Below are positions 8,736 through 19,790 of a stretch of 64,000 nt of DNA, one piece after another. The position numbers were made by a program, and so were the translations under genes. Location of the stretch: contig CAVXMB010000005.1 of assembly GCA_963762745.1 (NCBI GenBank), positions 146,536 to 210,535 of the forward strand, written 5' to 3'. The notes below the pieces were generated by a model that worked only from the letters and a program-made list of their open reading frames with translations, did not search any database and was not told where the DNA came from. Origin of the DNA: an uncultured Actinomycetota bacterium. Its GTDB lineage: Bacteria > Actinomycetota > UBA4738 > HRBIN12. Positions within the stretch are counted from its first letter, which is position 1. Each line of letters opens with the position of its first letter.

Positions 8736-11018
8736 GTGAGGATCAATCCGGAAACGCTGGCTCGAGCGAGCAGCCGTCACCCGTGGCGAACCGTCGTGGC
8801 CTGGGTTGTGTTGCTGGGAGGCGCTATCGGCCTCGTTGCCGGCGGGCTGTTCGGCGACGCACTCACGAACGCGATCGATTTCACGAACGAGCCCGAAGCC
8901 AAGGAGGCAGCCCGCCTCGTCGAGGAGCGGCTTCGAGGCGAAGAGCCCGACTCCGAGCTCATCCTCGTGGTTGCGGACACCGCGACCGTTGAGGATCCCA
9001 CCTACTCGGAGTACGTGAGCGCCCTCCAGGAAGAGGTGCTGGCGCTCGGTCCCGATGTCGTGAAGAGCGTGGGCAGCTTCCTCACCGAGGACGGCCCTGT
9101 CTCGGAGAGCGGTCGCGCCGTTTTGATGCCGGTCCTCATGACCGAGACCGACGAGGACGCGCTCAGCGACGACGCCAAGCTGCTGGACGAAGCCGTCACT
9201 TCGGTCGACCAACCGGAAGGCTTCGAGACGCACGTGGCGGGTCCGGCGACCCTCTTCAATCAGTTCAACGAGATCATCGAGGAGGACATCGCGAAGGGCG
9301 AAGGCATCGGCTCGATCGTGGCGTTGATCGTGCTGCTCGTCGTCCTCGGCGCGGTGGTCGCGGGCCTCATCCCGCTCGTCCTCGCGGCCTTCTCCATCGC
9401 GATCGCGATGGGAGCGACCGCTGTGGCAGGGCTCTTCGTCGACTTCTCGTTCTTCGTGCAGAACATGATCACGATGATCGGCCTCGCGGTGGGGATCGAC
9501 TATTCGCTCTTCATCGTGGCCCGATACCGGGAGGAGCGACTCCACGGGCGCGAGAAGCTCGAGGCCATCGGCCGTGCCGGCGCGACGGCCAACCGCGCCG
9601 TGTTCTTCAGCGGGATGACCGTCGTCCTCGCGTTGCTCGGGCTGCTCATCGTCCCGAACACGATCTTCCGGAGTCTGGCGGGCGGGGCGATCTTCGTCGT
9701 ACTGATCGCCGTGGCCGCCTCGATGACACTGCTGCCTGCGATCCTCGCGCTCCTGGGGGACCGAGTGAACAAGCTCCGCGTCCGAAGGAACGCCGGTCGC
9801 GTCGAGGCGGGGACGGGATTCTGGGACCGTGCCACCCGCCTCGTGATGAGCCGACCTGTCGTCAGCCTCGTCGTGGGGGCCGGCCTCATGGTCGTCCTGG
9901 CGATCCCCTACTTCAGCATCCACACCGGGACGTCGGGGGTGAGCACGCTCCCGGACGACATCGAGGGCAAGCGGGCGTTCGTGCTGCTGGAGGAGCACTT
10001 CGCCGGCGGTCTCTCCGAGCCGGCGGAGGTCGTGATCGACGGCGACATCGCTGCTTCGGATGTGCAGAGCGCGATCGACGAGCTCACCGCGGCCGTGACC
10101 GGCGATGATGCCTTCGCCGCCCCGAGCCCGCTCGAGGTGAACGACGCCGGCGACCTCGCGGTGCTCGCGATCCCGTTCCGGGGGGACATCTACGAAGACG
10201 TGTCGGTCCAGGCGATCCGAGATCTCAGGGAGGAGTACATCCCGGCGGCGTTCGTGGGCACGGATGCTCGGGTTCTCGTGGGCGGAGAAACCGCCTTCAA
10301 CGTGGACTTCTTCGATCAATCCGATACGTACATGCCCATCGTCTTCGTGTTCGTGTTGGGTCTGTCGTTCCTGCTCCTGACGGTCGTGTTCCGATCCGAT
10401 CGTCTGCCCGTGAAGGCGATCCTGATGAACTTGCTGTCCGTGGGCGCCGCCTACGGCATGGTCGTGATGTTCTTCCAGCAAGGGGTCGGGTCGGCGGTTC
10501 GTGAAGGACATCGCCTCGGCGCTGAACTTCAGCAGGATCGAATCGATCGAGGCGTGGATCCCATTGTTCCTGTTCTCCGTCCTGTTCGGACTGTCGATGG
10601 ACTATCACGTGTTCCTGCTGACGCCGGATCCGCGAGCACTACGACAGCACCGGGGACAACACGGAATCGGTGGCGTACGGCCTGCGGACGACGGCGGGGA
10701 TCATCACGGGCGCCGCGCTGATCATGGTCACCGTGTTCGGCGGGTTCGCGCCGGTACGGCTCGCGCCGTTCCAGCAGATGGGGTTCGGGCTCGCCGTCGC
10801 GGTCTTCCTGGACGCGACGATCGTGCGGACGTTGCTCGTGCCGTCGTCGATGCGGCTCCTGGGCGACGCGAACTGGTACCTGCCGCGCTGGCTGCAGTGG
10901 CTGCCGAAGCTCAACGTCGAGGGGCATGAGGCCGCCGAGCGGGCGTCGGGTGCCCGACACGCCGGGCGAGCTCGTCGAGGCCGGCGAATCCGGGACGCGG
11001 CCGGGAGAGTTCGGATAG
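8736..11018 (+). CDS. MMPL family transporter, frameshifted near 10495, 10625 and 10945 (likely sequencing errors)
   Basis: GLAVGIDYSLFIVARYREE, FSGMTV; second half FGLSMDYHVFLL and IITGAALIM/DATIVR lie in successive frames. Confidence 0.88.
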
Positions 11019-11023
11019 AGACG

Positions 11024-11699
11024 TCAGTCCGGGAGCCGGGAGCGGGTCTTCTCGCTCCCGAGCTCCCGGAGGACGTCTCGGGCGATCCACCTCGCGGACG
11101 GCGTCTCGAGGAGGAGGATCTGCTCGGCCTCGTCGATCGCGGCCGAGTGGAGCGCTCGGTTCCGCTTCCCGATCTGCCGGAGCGCCCACGACACGCCCTT
11201 CTTGACCTCGTTCCGGTCATCGGTCGCCGCGAGCCTGATCAACGGCAGGTAGTCGAGGAACTCTCGGTCGGGGGCCTGCTTCGCCCATACGGCTCGTCGA
11301 GCGATCATCGAGAAGGCGCAGCGCTTCACGAAGGGTTCCGGTCTTCGAGCCCACGCCCTCGATCGCACTGGCGTGGGCCGGTGCGCGGCCGAAGAGGTCC
11401 GCCGCCGAGTCGCACAGGTCCCACGAAGTGATGTCGAGCACCCATCGCTCCCTCTGGACCTCGGTCAACGCCTCGGGATCGGCCACGAGCGTCGCGAGGA
11501 TGCGCGCTTCGTGGATCGCCGTCTCCCACAGCTCGATGGCGAGGGCGTGGTCGACGCCACACGTTCTCGCGACCGCTCGGATGTTCGGCATGCTCACACC
11601 GAGCGCCTGCGAGACGTCGATCCCGACGCGCGCCATCCCCGGTTTGCGGGACGGATCAGCCCGGCGTCGCAGCTCGGCGATCACCGATCGGGCGTCCAT
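11024..11699 (-). CDS. DNA alkylation repair protein (AlkD-like), one frameshift near 11358
   Basis: GVSMPNIR, LWETAIHEARILA, SWDLCD, then DDRNEVKKGVSWALRQIGKR in the adjacent frame; removing one G joins them as AIEAWARRPEPFVKR. Confidence 0.85.
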
Positions 11700-11739
11700 C
11701 CGCCCAACCCTACGGCGAGCGACGATAAGGTTCGCTCCG

Positions 11740-12639
11740 ATGGGAGCGGAGCACGACGCGGTGCGGGCACGGCTCGGACGGATCGGCGTGTGGACGTTCG
11801 CGTTCGACTCGCTCCGGGCCGTGGATGTTCGCGAGGCCGTCGCCGAGATCGAGGTCCTGGGCTACCCCGCCGTGTGGGTCCCCGAGGGTGGTGGATCGAG
11901 GGAGATCTTCGCGCATCTCTCGCTGCTCCTGTCCGCTACGCGGAACACCACGGTGTGCTCCGGGATCGCCAACGTGACGGCTCGCCATGCGGAGGCCATG
12001 GCCGGAGGGGCGAGGACGCTCGCGGACGCCTACGGTGAGCGATCGGTCGTCGGGATCGGGATCGGGCACCAATACACGGCCGGACGACGACGCCAGGACT
12101 GGGAGGATCCCGTCGGCCGGATGGGCGCGTACCTCGATGCGATGGAGGGGGCCCGGGTGGGTCCCGACCCCGAGGTTCCCGTGCGTCGACTGATCGCCGC
12201 GCTCGGTCCACGGATGCTCGAGGTGGCCGCGTCGAAGACGCTCGGTGCTCACACGTACTTCGTGCCCGTCGAGCACACGGCGAGGGCTCGAGACCTCCTC
12301 GGGCCGGAGCCGGTGCTAGCCGTGGAGCAGACCGCCATCGTGTCGAGCGATCCCGCGGCGGCCCGCGAGATCGCCCGGCCGTGGGCGGCGGACTACCTGT
12401 CGCTCCCCAACTACGCGAACAACTGGCGGCGACTCGGCCACCAGGATGACCTCGACGAGGGTGGGAGCGATCGCCTCATCGACGAGGCGTTCGCGTGGGG
12501 TGATGTGTCCGCGATCGCGGGCCGCGTGCGCGAGCATCTCGACGCGGGTGCGGATCACGTCTGCATCCAGGTGATCTCGGGACGGGACGACGACGTCTGT
12601 CTCCCCGCTCTTCGCGAGCTCGCGGACGCGCTTCTTTGA
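11740..12639 (+). CDS. LLM-class, probably F420-dependent, oxidoreductase
   Basis: LGYPAVWVPE, SGIANV, AALGPRML, GAHTYFVPVEHT, HLDAGADHVCIQV. Confidence 0.88.
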   Translation: MGAEHDAVRARLGRIGVWTFAFDSLRAVDVREAVAEIEVLGYPAVWVPEGGGSREIFAHLSLLLSATRNTTVCSGIANVTARHAEAMAGGARTLADAYGERSVVGIGIGHQYTAGRRRQDWEDPVGRMGAYLDAMEGARVGPDPEVPVRRLIAALGPRMLEVAASKTLGAHTYFVPVEHTARARDLLGPEPVLAVEQTAIVSSDPAAAREIARPWAADYLSLPNYANNWRRLGHQDDLDEGGSDRLIDEAFAWGDVSAIAGRVREHLDAGADHVCIQVISGRDDDVCLPALRELADALL

Positions 12640-12649
12640 TCCGGCCGGC

Positions 12650-13033
12650 GTGATGCGGAGACTGCTGCAGGGCCGGGCCGCCCCGCTCTGGTACGTGGTC
12701 GCCGACGCGACGGCACTGGTTGCGTTCGTGGTGATCGGACTCCGTGCACATCGTGGGGACACGGTGGAGGGGTTCCTCAGGAACGCCGTCCCCTTGCTCG
12801 GGGTCTGGTTCCTGGTCGCGTGGCGCGCGCGGACCTACCGCCGGCCGGGGTGGCGGAGCCTCCTCATGTGCTGGATCGTCGCGGTGCCGATCGGGCTCCT
12901 GGTGAGAACCGTGCTCGTGGGATCGCCGCGTGGAGCGAGGATCCTCGTGTTCGTGGGGATCGGCCTCGCATTCACCCTGCTGTTCCTGGTGCTCGGGCGC
13001 CTGCTGGTCCGACTCGTGTCGCGGGGCCGGTGA
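12650..13033 (+). CDS. DUF3054-like membrane protein
   Basis: AD...VAFVVIGLRAH pattern, four hydrophobic segments, GLLVR. Confidence 0.75.
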   Translation: MMRRLLQGRAAPLWYVVADATALVAFVVIGLRAHRGDTVEGFLRNAVPLLGVWFLVAWRARTYRRPGWRSLLMCWIVAVPIGLLVRTVLVGSPRGARILVFVGIGLAFTLLFLVLGRLLVRLVSRGR

Positions 13034-13046
13034 GTCTTCGCCGCGG

Positions 13047-13310
13047 CTAGTAGCGGTCGTCCTGGGAGGGCAGATCCCTCGGAGCCTGCGGGCGCTGACC
13101 CCACGACCACGTGCGCACCTGCGAGCGACCGCCGATGCCGTCTCGCTCCCACCTGCGGACCTGCGACCTGAACGAGTACGAGATCACGGCGATCAGGGCC
13201 GCGATCGTGAGCAGGACGGTCAGGACCAGGATCGCGGTGAGCTTGAGCACGGCGCCGAGCACACCGAACGCCGCCGCGAGGAGGACGAGGAGCAGGATCA
13301 CCCAACCCAT
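13047..13310 (-). CDS. Small membrane protein (87 aa)
   Basis: MGWVILLLVLLAAAFGVLGAVLK... hydrophobic N-terminal half; TACGAT -10 box 6 nt before the ATG. Confidence 0.7.
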   Translation of the reverse strand: MGWVILLLVLLAAAFGVLGAVLKLTAILVLTVLLTIAALIAVISYSFRSQVRRWERDGIGGRSQVRTWSWGQRPQAPRDLPSQDDRY

Positions 13311-13314
13311 GGAT

Positions 13315-14172
13315 CTATCGTACGAGCTGCCCGGCGAAACGCTCGATGCGTCGCGCGAGCGCGTCCGGATGCTGCAACGGCAGGTCGTGGATCCCCTCCA
13401 TCCACGAGATCCGGACGGGCGCTCCCGAGGCGGCCACTCGCTGCACGGCCCGGCGCTTCCGCTCGTCCCACTCGGGGTCACCTCCTCCGCGGGCGAGGAC
13501 GGCGAGGGTGGGAACCGAGAGGCGCGCGAGCGCCGCATCCGGATCGTGGAGCCAGATCGCGTGGAGGATCCGGAAGTGGTTCGCCCTCGACAGGCGAGGT
13601 CTGATCCGGCCACGCCGGTCGACGTGCATCACCGACAGGACGATCTCCTCGATCCCGGGCGTCACGTCGACCGCGTCGCTGAGGAAGGTTCGGATCATGC
13701 CGCGGAACTCCTCCGCGGGCATCCCGGCGAGGTGGGGTGGCGCCAGCCGTTCCTTCGCGGTCGCCCAGTCCATCGTGCCGCGCAACGTGCCGAGTCCGCC
13801 GTCCACCAGCACCGCGCCGCCGACGGCGCGAGGACGGCGGGTGGCGAGCTCCAAGGCCACCATCGCGCCCCACGAGTGCCCGACGACGATCGGGCGTCGG
13901 AGACGGGTCGCCGCGATCACGACCCGAGCATCGGCCACCACCTGCTCGAAGCCGTACCCGCTCGACGGCTTCGAGGAGAGGCCGTGCCCGCGAGCGTCGT
14001 ACGTGATGATCCGGAAGCGACGGGTCAGCCGCGGCAGCATCAGATCCCAGATCCGCTGTGAAGAGGCGAGCCCGTGATGGAGGAGGAGCCCGGGAGACGA
14101 AACGGATGGACCCTCGTGGACGCGGACGGCCAGCTTGACCCCACCGTCTCCGGGAACGCGCATCTCCTTCAT
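13315..14172 (-). CDS. Alpha/beta fold hydrolase
   Basis: HHGL oxyanion region, YDARGHGLS, nucleophile GHSWG, C-terminal GIHDL. Confidence 0.9.
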   Translation of the reverse strand: MKEMRVPGDGGVKLAVRVHEGPSVSSPGLLLHHGLASSQRIWDLMLPRLTRRFRIITYDARGHGLSSKPSSGYGFEQVVADARVVIAATRLRRPIVVGHSWGAMVALELATRRPRAVGGAVLVDGGLGTLRGTMDWATAKERLAPPHLAGMPAEEFRGMIRTFLSDAVDVTPGIEEIVLSVMHVDRRGRIRPRLSRANHFRILHAIWLHDPDAALARLSVPTLAVLARGGGDPEWDERKRRAVQRVAASGAPVRISWMEGIHDLPLQHPDALARRIERFAGQLVR

Positions 14173-14184
14173 ACTCGGACGCGC

Positions 14185-14994
14185 ATGGTAGAGGAGTTCC
14201 GCTCACCGCTCGGCGACGACGCGAACCTCGGTCGCGTCGCGATCGTGACCGGCGGGGGCACGGGGATCGGCCGGGCGACGGCTCGCGAGCTCGCCCGGAC
14301 CGGCGGCCGTGTCGCGATCTGCGGCCGGCGGCCGGAGCCCCTGGAGGACACGCGAGCCGAGCTGGAGGCCGCCGGCCGCGACGTGCTCGCGATGACCTGC
14401 GACGTTCGTGAGCCCGACCAGGTCGAGGCGTTCCTGGACGCCGTCGAGGGACGGTTCGGGACGACGAACATCCTCGTCAACAACGCGGGAGGGCAGTTCG
14501 CGGCACCCCTCGAGCAGATCGGGTTGAAGGGGATGCGCGCCGTGCACCGCCTCAACGTCGACGCGCCGTGGCACCTGACGAACCGCGTCGCCGAGCGGTG
14601 GATGATCCCCAACCGGGGAGGCTTCGTGTGCTTCGTGGGCTTCAGCCCCCGCCGTGGTGTGCCGCTCATGGCGCATTCCTCGGCTGCGCGCGCCGCCCTG
14701 GAGAACATGGCCTCGACGATCGCGATCGAGTGGTCCAAGTACGGGATCCGGGCGGTGTGCGTGGCTGCGGGGCTCATCCAGACGGAGGGGATGCTCGGAT
14801 ACGGAGGCCAGGAGCTGGTCGACGAGTACGCGAAGTCGGTGCCGATGCGAAGAGCCGGGCGTCCCGAGGAAGTGGCTGCCACGATCGCGTTCCTCGCGAG
14901 CGCCGGCGGTGCGTACGTGACGGGCACCACCGTCGTGGTCGACGGTGGTGCGGACGCGTGGGGGATCGGCACGCCGCCACCACCGATCGAGTGA
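14185..14994 (+). CDS. SDR oxidoreductase (trans-2-enoyl-CoA reductase / AtuB-like)
   Basis: TGGGTGIG, NNAGGQF, HSSAARA in place of YxxxK, VDGG. Confidence 0.88.
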   Translation: MVEEFRSPLGDDANLGRVAIVTGGGTGIGRATARELARTGGRVAICGRRPEPLEDTRAELEAAGRDVLAMTCDVREPDQVEAFLDAVEGRFGTTNILVNNAGGQFAAPLEQIGLKGMRAVHRLNVDAPWHLTNRVAERWMIPNRGGFVCFVGFSPRRGVPLMAHSSAARAALENMASTIAIEWSKYGIRAVCVAAGLIQTEGMLGYGGQELVDEYAKSVPMRRAGRPEEVAATIAFLASAGGAYVTGTTVVVDGGADAWGIGTPPPPIE

Positions 14995-15008
14995 GGTCTG
15001 ACGGAGAT

Positions 15009-15053
15009 GCCGAACGACCACGGGCCGAACGACCACGGGCCGAACGACCATGG
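15009..15053 (+). repeat. Intergenic tandem repeat, 3 x 15 bp
   Basis: gccgaacgaccacgg twice, then gccgaacgaccatgg. Confidence 0.9.
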
Positions 15054-15067
15054 GAAGGAGACCCTGC

Positions 15068-15358
15068 ATGTACGGAACGTTGATGCGTGCGCGCGTGACA
15101 CCTGAGAACCGCTCCGCCCTCCTCGCGCTGATGGGGGAGGGCGCGGGGGCGAAGGGGTTCCAGGCGACCCACGTCCTGGTGCCGGACGAGGACGAAGGCA
15201 CCGTGATCGCTGCGATCTTGTTCGAAGACCGGGAGAGCTACTCCGCCAACGCGCACGATCCCGCCACCGAGGAGTGGTACGGCCGGTTCCGAGCGCTCCT
15301 GGAGGAGGACCCAGGATGGACCGACGGCGAGTGGGTCTCGTTCCCGGCGAGCCGCTAG
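15068..15358 (+). CDS. Small dimeric alpha-beta barrel (ABM-like) protein
   Basis: GAAGGAG RBS; MYGT..R...F.D.ESY.ANA.DP...WY...RALLE.DP.W.DGEW pattern. Confidence 0.7.
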   Translation: MYGTLMRARVTPENRSALLALMGEGAGAKGFQATHVLVPDEDEGTVIAAILFEDRESYSANAHDPATEEWYGRFRALLEEDPGWTDGEWVSFPASR

Positions 15359-15387
15359 CCTGTCGGCTTCCAGGAGAGGGGTGACCG

Positions 15388-16836
15388 ATGGCAGACGCGC
15401 TGCAGAACTTCATCGACGGGAAGTGGGTGGACGCGCAGGACGGTGATCGCTTCGACGTGTTCAACCCTGCGACGGGCGAGGTGATCGCGACTGCGCCCGA
15501 CTCGAAGGAGGCCGACGTCGATGCCGCCGTCTCCGCCGCGCGCCGGACCTTCGACGACGGTTCGTGGTGGCCCGGCACGTCTGCCCGTGAGCGAGGCAGC
15601 ATCCTCTTGCGCGCCGCGGACATCGTTCGACGGGAGCAAGAGCGCCTCGCGGCGCTGGAGTCGCTCGACTCCGGTAAGCCGATCGGCGACGCGCGCGAGG
15701 ACGTGGCCGAGGTCGCGTTCATGTTCGAGTACTACGGCGGCTGGGCCACGAAGATCGATGGCGATTCGCACCACGTGTCGGCCGACGCGATGTTCATGGT
15801 GTGGAAGGAGCCGATGGGTGTCGCGGTCGGCATCACGCCGTGGAACTACCCCTTGATGATGGCGGCGCAGAAGGTGGCCCCCGCGCTCGCCGCCGGATGC
15901 ACCTTCATCCTGAAGCCACCCGAGCAGACCCCGCTCACCTGCCTCGAGCTCCCGAAGATCCTCGAAGAGGCGGGGTTGCCGGCCGGCGTCCTGCACGTGC
16001 TCACCGGCTTCGGCGAAACGGCCGGTGCCCCACTGGTCGCCCATCCCGCGGTGGACAAGGTCGGCTTCACCGGCTCCAGGGAGGTGGGGAAGATCATCAT
16101 GCGGTCGGGCGCGGACACGCTGAAGCGCGTGACGCTGGAGCTCGGCGGGAAGTCGCCGAACATCGTGTTCGCCGACGCCGATCTCCCCTCCGCGTTCGAG
16201 GGATCCGCGAACGGCGTCTTCTGGAACCAGGGCGAGATCTGCTCGGCCGGCACCCGGGTCTTCGTCGACACGAAGGTCTACGACGACGCCGTGAACGCGT
16301 TCGTCGACCGAGCCAAGGACGTGAAGCTCGGTGAGGGTTCCGACGAGTCCACGACGATGGGTCCGCTCGTCTCGAAGGAGCAGCAGGAGCGGGTCGAGCG
16401 GTACATCGAGATCGGGACCGGCGAGGCGACCCTCGCGGCCAAGGGCGAGAAGCCCGGCGATCCTCGACTTGCCGGCGGGTACTTCGTGCCTCCGGCGATC
16501 TTCGCCGATGTGACGAACGACGCGACGATCGCGCGTGAGGAGATCTTCGGACCGGTCATGTCCGTGATCCCGTTCTCCTCGGTCGAGGACGTGATCGCGA
16601 TGGCGAACGACAACGACTACGGGCTGGCCGCCGCTGTCTGGACGCAGGACATCAAGAAGGCCTTCCGCACCGCGCAGGCCCTTCGGTCCGGGATCGTGTG
16701 GATCAACGACACGCAGCCTGCGCCGACCGAGATGCCCTGGGGCGGGTACAAGCAGTCCGGGATCGGACGCGAACTGGGCAAGGAAGGCATCGAGGATTTC
16801 CTCGAGAAGAAGTCCGTCTACCTCAACCTGTCCTAG
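15388..16836 (+). CDS. Aldehyde dehydrogenase (betaine aldehyde / aminoaldehyde dehydrogenase-like)
   Basis: ITPWNYP, FTGS, LELGGKSP, catalytic Cys in NQGEICSAG, EEIFGPV, GGYKQSGIGRE. Confidence 0.93.
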   Translation: MADALQNFIDGKWVDAQDGDRFDVFNPATGEVIATAPDSKEADVDAAVSAARRTFDDGSWWPGTSARERGSILLRAADIVRREQERLAALESLDSGKPIGDAREDVAEVAFMFEYYGGWATKIDGDSHHVSADAMFMVWKEPMGVAVGITPWNYPLMMAAQKVAPALAAGCTFILKPPEQTPLTCLELPKILEEAGLPAGVLHVLTGFGETAGAPLVAHPAVDKVGFTGSREVGKIIMRSGADTLKRVTLELGGKSPNIVFADADLPSAFEGSANGVFWNQGEICSAGTRVFVDTKVYDDAVNAFVDRAKDVKLGEGSDESTTMGPLVSKEQQERVERYIEIGTGEATLAAKGEKPGDPRLAGGYFVPPAIFADVTNDATIAREEIFGPVMSVIPFSSVEDVIAMANDNDYGLAAAVWTQDIKKAFRTAQALRSGIVWINDTQPAPTEMPWGGYKQSGIGRELGKEGIEDFLEKKSVYLNLS

Positions 16837-16838
16837 CG

Positions 16839-18029
16839 ATGCGACCGCTCTCGCGCCGCGCGTTCATCCGAGCCGCGGGTGCGGTGGCGTGGACCGCCGT
16901 GATCGGGGCGTGCGCCCCGGGCCGTTCGCGCCGCGTGGCGGCCGCGGGTTCGTTGCCGATCCACGACGACAACCTTCCGATCGACCCGGCGAGCACGGTG
17001 GAACGGGGCGCCACGCTCCGGATCTATCAGTGGCGGGACTACCTGGCCGGTGACGTGCTGGACGGCTTCGCCCGGCGTCACGCGGTGTCGGACGTCGACC
17101 TCGAGGTCGAGAGCTTCACCACGATGGCGGAGGCGGTCGAGCGGTTGCGCCGGCCCGATGCCGACTTCGACGTGTTCTTCCCGACGACGGACGCTCTCCG
17201 GCGGCTTGCCTCCGAGCGACTGCTGCTCCCCCTCACGCAGGAGTTGCTGCCGAACCAGAAGAACCTCTGGCCGTACTTCCGGGAGGGTGACGGCCCGTTC
17301 TACGACGCGGGCCAGCGCTACAGCGTGCCGTACACCGTGTATTCGACGGGGATCGGCTGGCGGCGGGATCTCGTTCGGCACGCGGACGCACCCGCGTACC
17401 TGGCGAACCCCTACGACGCCTATTGGAACGAGCGATACCGCGGGGCGGTCGGGATCTACGACGACTACCGCGAGGCGGTCGCGATGGCCCTCCTGCGCAG
17501 CGGCGAGGATCCGAACACCGGTGAGGAGCGAGCGATCGCGCGAGCCGTGGACGACCTCGTCGGGCTGGCGGAGGCGGTGGACGTCGAGGTCTCGGCCGAG
17601 GGCGCCTACCAGGAGCTCCAGACGGGCGAGTACGCGTTCCAGCAATCGTGGTCCGGGGACCTGCTCTCCGCCAAGCGGTTCGGGGCGGCCGCAGCCGACG
17701 ATGCCGGGCTCGTCGCCTACACGTGGCCTCGCGGCGGCATCGTCGGCTGCGACCTGACGGCCATCTGCGCGCGCGGACGGAACCCCGTCCTCGCGCACGC
17801 GTTCCTCGATCACTTGATGGACGTCGGCGTCGCGATGCGGAACTTCCGCTGGAACGGCTACCAGCCCCCGGTGGGGGACGACCCGCCGGCCGTCCCGGGG
17901 TACCTGCGCGACGCGATCCTCCACCCCGACGACCTCACCGGAGGACGGTTCCTGCAGCCGCTCGGGCCGGAGGCCGACGCCCGGTGGCGTGTGGGGTGGC
18001 AGCGCTTCCTCGAGACGGTTGGGAGCTAG
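16839..18029 (+). CDS. Spermidine/putrescine-type ABC substrate-binding lipoprotein (PotD-like, Tat signal)
   Basis: SRRAFIR Tat motif plus GAC; YQWRDYL, YSVPYTVYSTGIGW, QSWSGD, NPVLAHAFLD. Confidence 0.85.
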   Translation: MRPLSRRAFIRAAGAVAWTAVIGACAPGRSRRVAAAGSLPIHDDNLPIDPASTVERGATLRIYQWRDYLAGDVLDGFARRHAVSDVDLEVESFTTMAEAVERLRRPDADFDVFFPTTDALRRLASERLLLPLTQELLPNQKNLWPYFREGDGPFYDAGQRYSVPYTVYSTGIGWRRDLVRHADAPAYLANPYDAYWNERYRGAVGIYDDYREAVAMALLRSGEDPNTGEERAIARAVDDLVGLAEAVDVEVSAEGAYQELQTGEYAFQQSWSGDLLSAKRFGAAAADDAGLVAYTWPRGGIVGCDLTAICARGRNPVLAHAFLDHLMDVGVAMRNFRWNGYQPPVGDDPPAVPGYLRDAILHPDDLTGGRFLQPLGPEADARWRVGWQRFLETVGS

Positions 18030-18511
18030 CCGGCGATCTCGGCCGTCCACGTGCCGCTCTCGTCGTAGCCCGTGAGCGCGACGAGCGGCTCCGCGGTCGC
18101 GGGATCCACGGCGAGGATCCAGATCGTCGCATCGGTGCACTCGAGGTTGTTCGGGTCGTTCCCCCTGGCATCCGACACCAGCTCGCCCTTCGAGTTCCGG
18201 AGGCAGACGCCGCGCGCGAACAGGACCCACGCGGGGCCGATCGATCGACCCTCCAACGTGTCGCGGACCGACGCGAACGCGACGTGGACCTCGCCGCCGT
18301 CGGCCGGGTAGCGCTTCTCGACCTCCTTCGGCGTGAGCTCCGGCCGGGCATCCGGCGGCGGCGGCTCCAGCTCGAACCCCAGGGCACCGGGGATCTGCTG
18401 CCGCATCGACTGCCGCAGCGCCGCGTAGGGATCGGGCTGGTCCGCGAGCAGGACGACGAACCCGAGGGCGATCGCGGCGGCGGCCGCGACTGCCACCACG
18501 ACGCGCTTCAT
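18026..18511 (-). CDS. Hypothetical exported protein
   Basis: N-terminal hydrophobic helix MKRVVVAVAAAAAIALGFVVLL; Cys pair; C-terminal AVDPATAE. Confidence 0.65.
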   Translation of the reverse strand: MKRVVVAVAAAAAIALGFVVLLADQPDPYAALRQSMRQQIPGALGFELEPPPPDARPELTPKEVEKRYPADGGEVHVAFASVRDTLEGRSIGPAWVLFARGVCLRNSKGELVSDARGNDPNNLECTDATIWILAVDPATAEPLVALTGYDESGTWTAEIAG

Positions 18512-18663
18512 CCGCTCGCCTTCCAGCTGCGGATGAGCGGCACGCGCCCGTCCTCCGTCGTGGCTCGGTCCATGCGCGGATGATGACAGGAGGACGAGCC
18601 CCGAGTGCGTCCCTGCGGGCACCTCAGGCAGGCCGACCCATGCCCGCGATAGACTCGCGCCTC

Positions 18664-19785
18664 ATGGCGGGCGGCGAGGTGCAGCTGATCGATCTCGTGA
18701 AGCGCTTCGGCGACTTCACGGCGGTCGACGGCATCAACCTGAAGGTCGCGCCCGGCGAGTTCTTCTCGCTCCTGGGCCCATCGGGCTGCGGGAAGACCAC
18801 GACGCTGCGGATGATCGCCGGGTTCGAGCGACCCACGGAGGGACAGGTGGTCCTCGACGGCACCGACGTGGCCAGCGTGCCGCCGCACAAGCGGCACGTG
18901 AACACCGTCTTCCAGAACTACGCGCTGTTCCCGCATCTGAACGTCGAGAAGAACGTGGCCTTCGGCCTTCGATACAAAGAGACGTCGAAAGGGGAGAGCG
19001 GCAAGCTCGTGGCCAGGGCGTTGGAGCTCGTGCGCCTGACCGGCTACGAGAAGCGGAGGCCGAACCAGCTCTCCGGCGGGCAGCAGCAGCGGGTCGCCCT
19101 CGCGCGGGCGCTGATCCTGAACCCCTCGGTCCTCCTGCTCGACGAACCGCTGGGTGCGCTCGACGCGAAGCTGCGGAAAGCCCTCCAGATCGAGCTCAAG
19201 GCGATCCAGGAGGAGGTCGGCATCACGTTCATCTACGTGACGCACGACCAGGAGGAAGCGCTCACGATGTCGGACCGGCTCGCCGTCATGTCGAACGGCC
19301 AGATCGAGCAAGTGGGACCGCCGAAGGAGGTCTACGAGGAGCCCTCGACGGCCTACGTCGCCGACTTCCTCGGGGTCTCCAACCTGATGGATGCGACCGC
19401 GTACGGACCGGCCGAAGGTGGCTGCAAGGTCCGCTTCGGGGACTTCGAGCTGATCGCCGGCCAGGGCGAGCCGGACGCGCACGGCGAGGTGAAGCTCTCG
19501 ATCCGCCCGGAGCGCGTCGACCTCGAGGAGGCAGGCACCACCGGTCCCAACAGGATCCCCGGCATGGTGGAGCGGCTCGTGTACGTCGGCTCGGCCATGC
19601 AGGTGATCGTGAATCTGGCGCCCGGAGAGAAGCTGCAATGCCTCACGCAGAACGAAGGCGAGGCGCTGCCGTTCCAGCAGGGGACGGCTGTGTCGGTGCA
19701 TCTGCCGGTGCAGGCGCTCCGCGTCCTGCCGCAGGGCGATGTCTCGGACGAAGGGTTCACCGCCGCCGCCCAGGCGCTGCGGTAG
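18664..19785 (+). CDS. potA: Polyamine ABC transporter ATP-binding protein
   Basis: [47 protein letters not shown]-like tail. Confidence 0.92.
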   Translation: MAGGEVQLIDLVKRFGDFTAVDGINLKVAPGEFFSLLGPSGCGKTTTLRMIAGFERPTEGQVVLDGTDVASVPPHKRHVNTVFQNYALFPHLNVEKNVAFGLRYKETSKGESGKLVARALELVRLTGYEKRRPNQLSGGQQQRVALARALILNPSVLLLDEPLGALDAKLRKALQIELKAIQEEVGITFIYVTHDQEEALTMSDRLAVMSNGQIEQVGPPKEVYEEPSTAYVADFLGVSNLMDATAYGPAEGGCKVRFGDFELIAGQGEPDAHGEVKLSIRPERVDLEEAGTTGPNRIPGMVERLVYVGSAMQVIVNLAPGEKLQCLTQNEGEALPFQQGTAVSVHLPVQALRVLPQGDVSDEGFTAAAQALR

Positions 19786-19790
19786 TTCGC

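Noticed and set aside
15009-15053. Possible mini CRISPR array
   Set aside because: Contiguous 15-bp units with no spacers and no cas genes.
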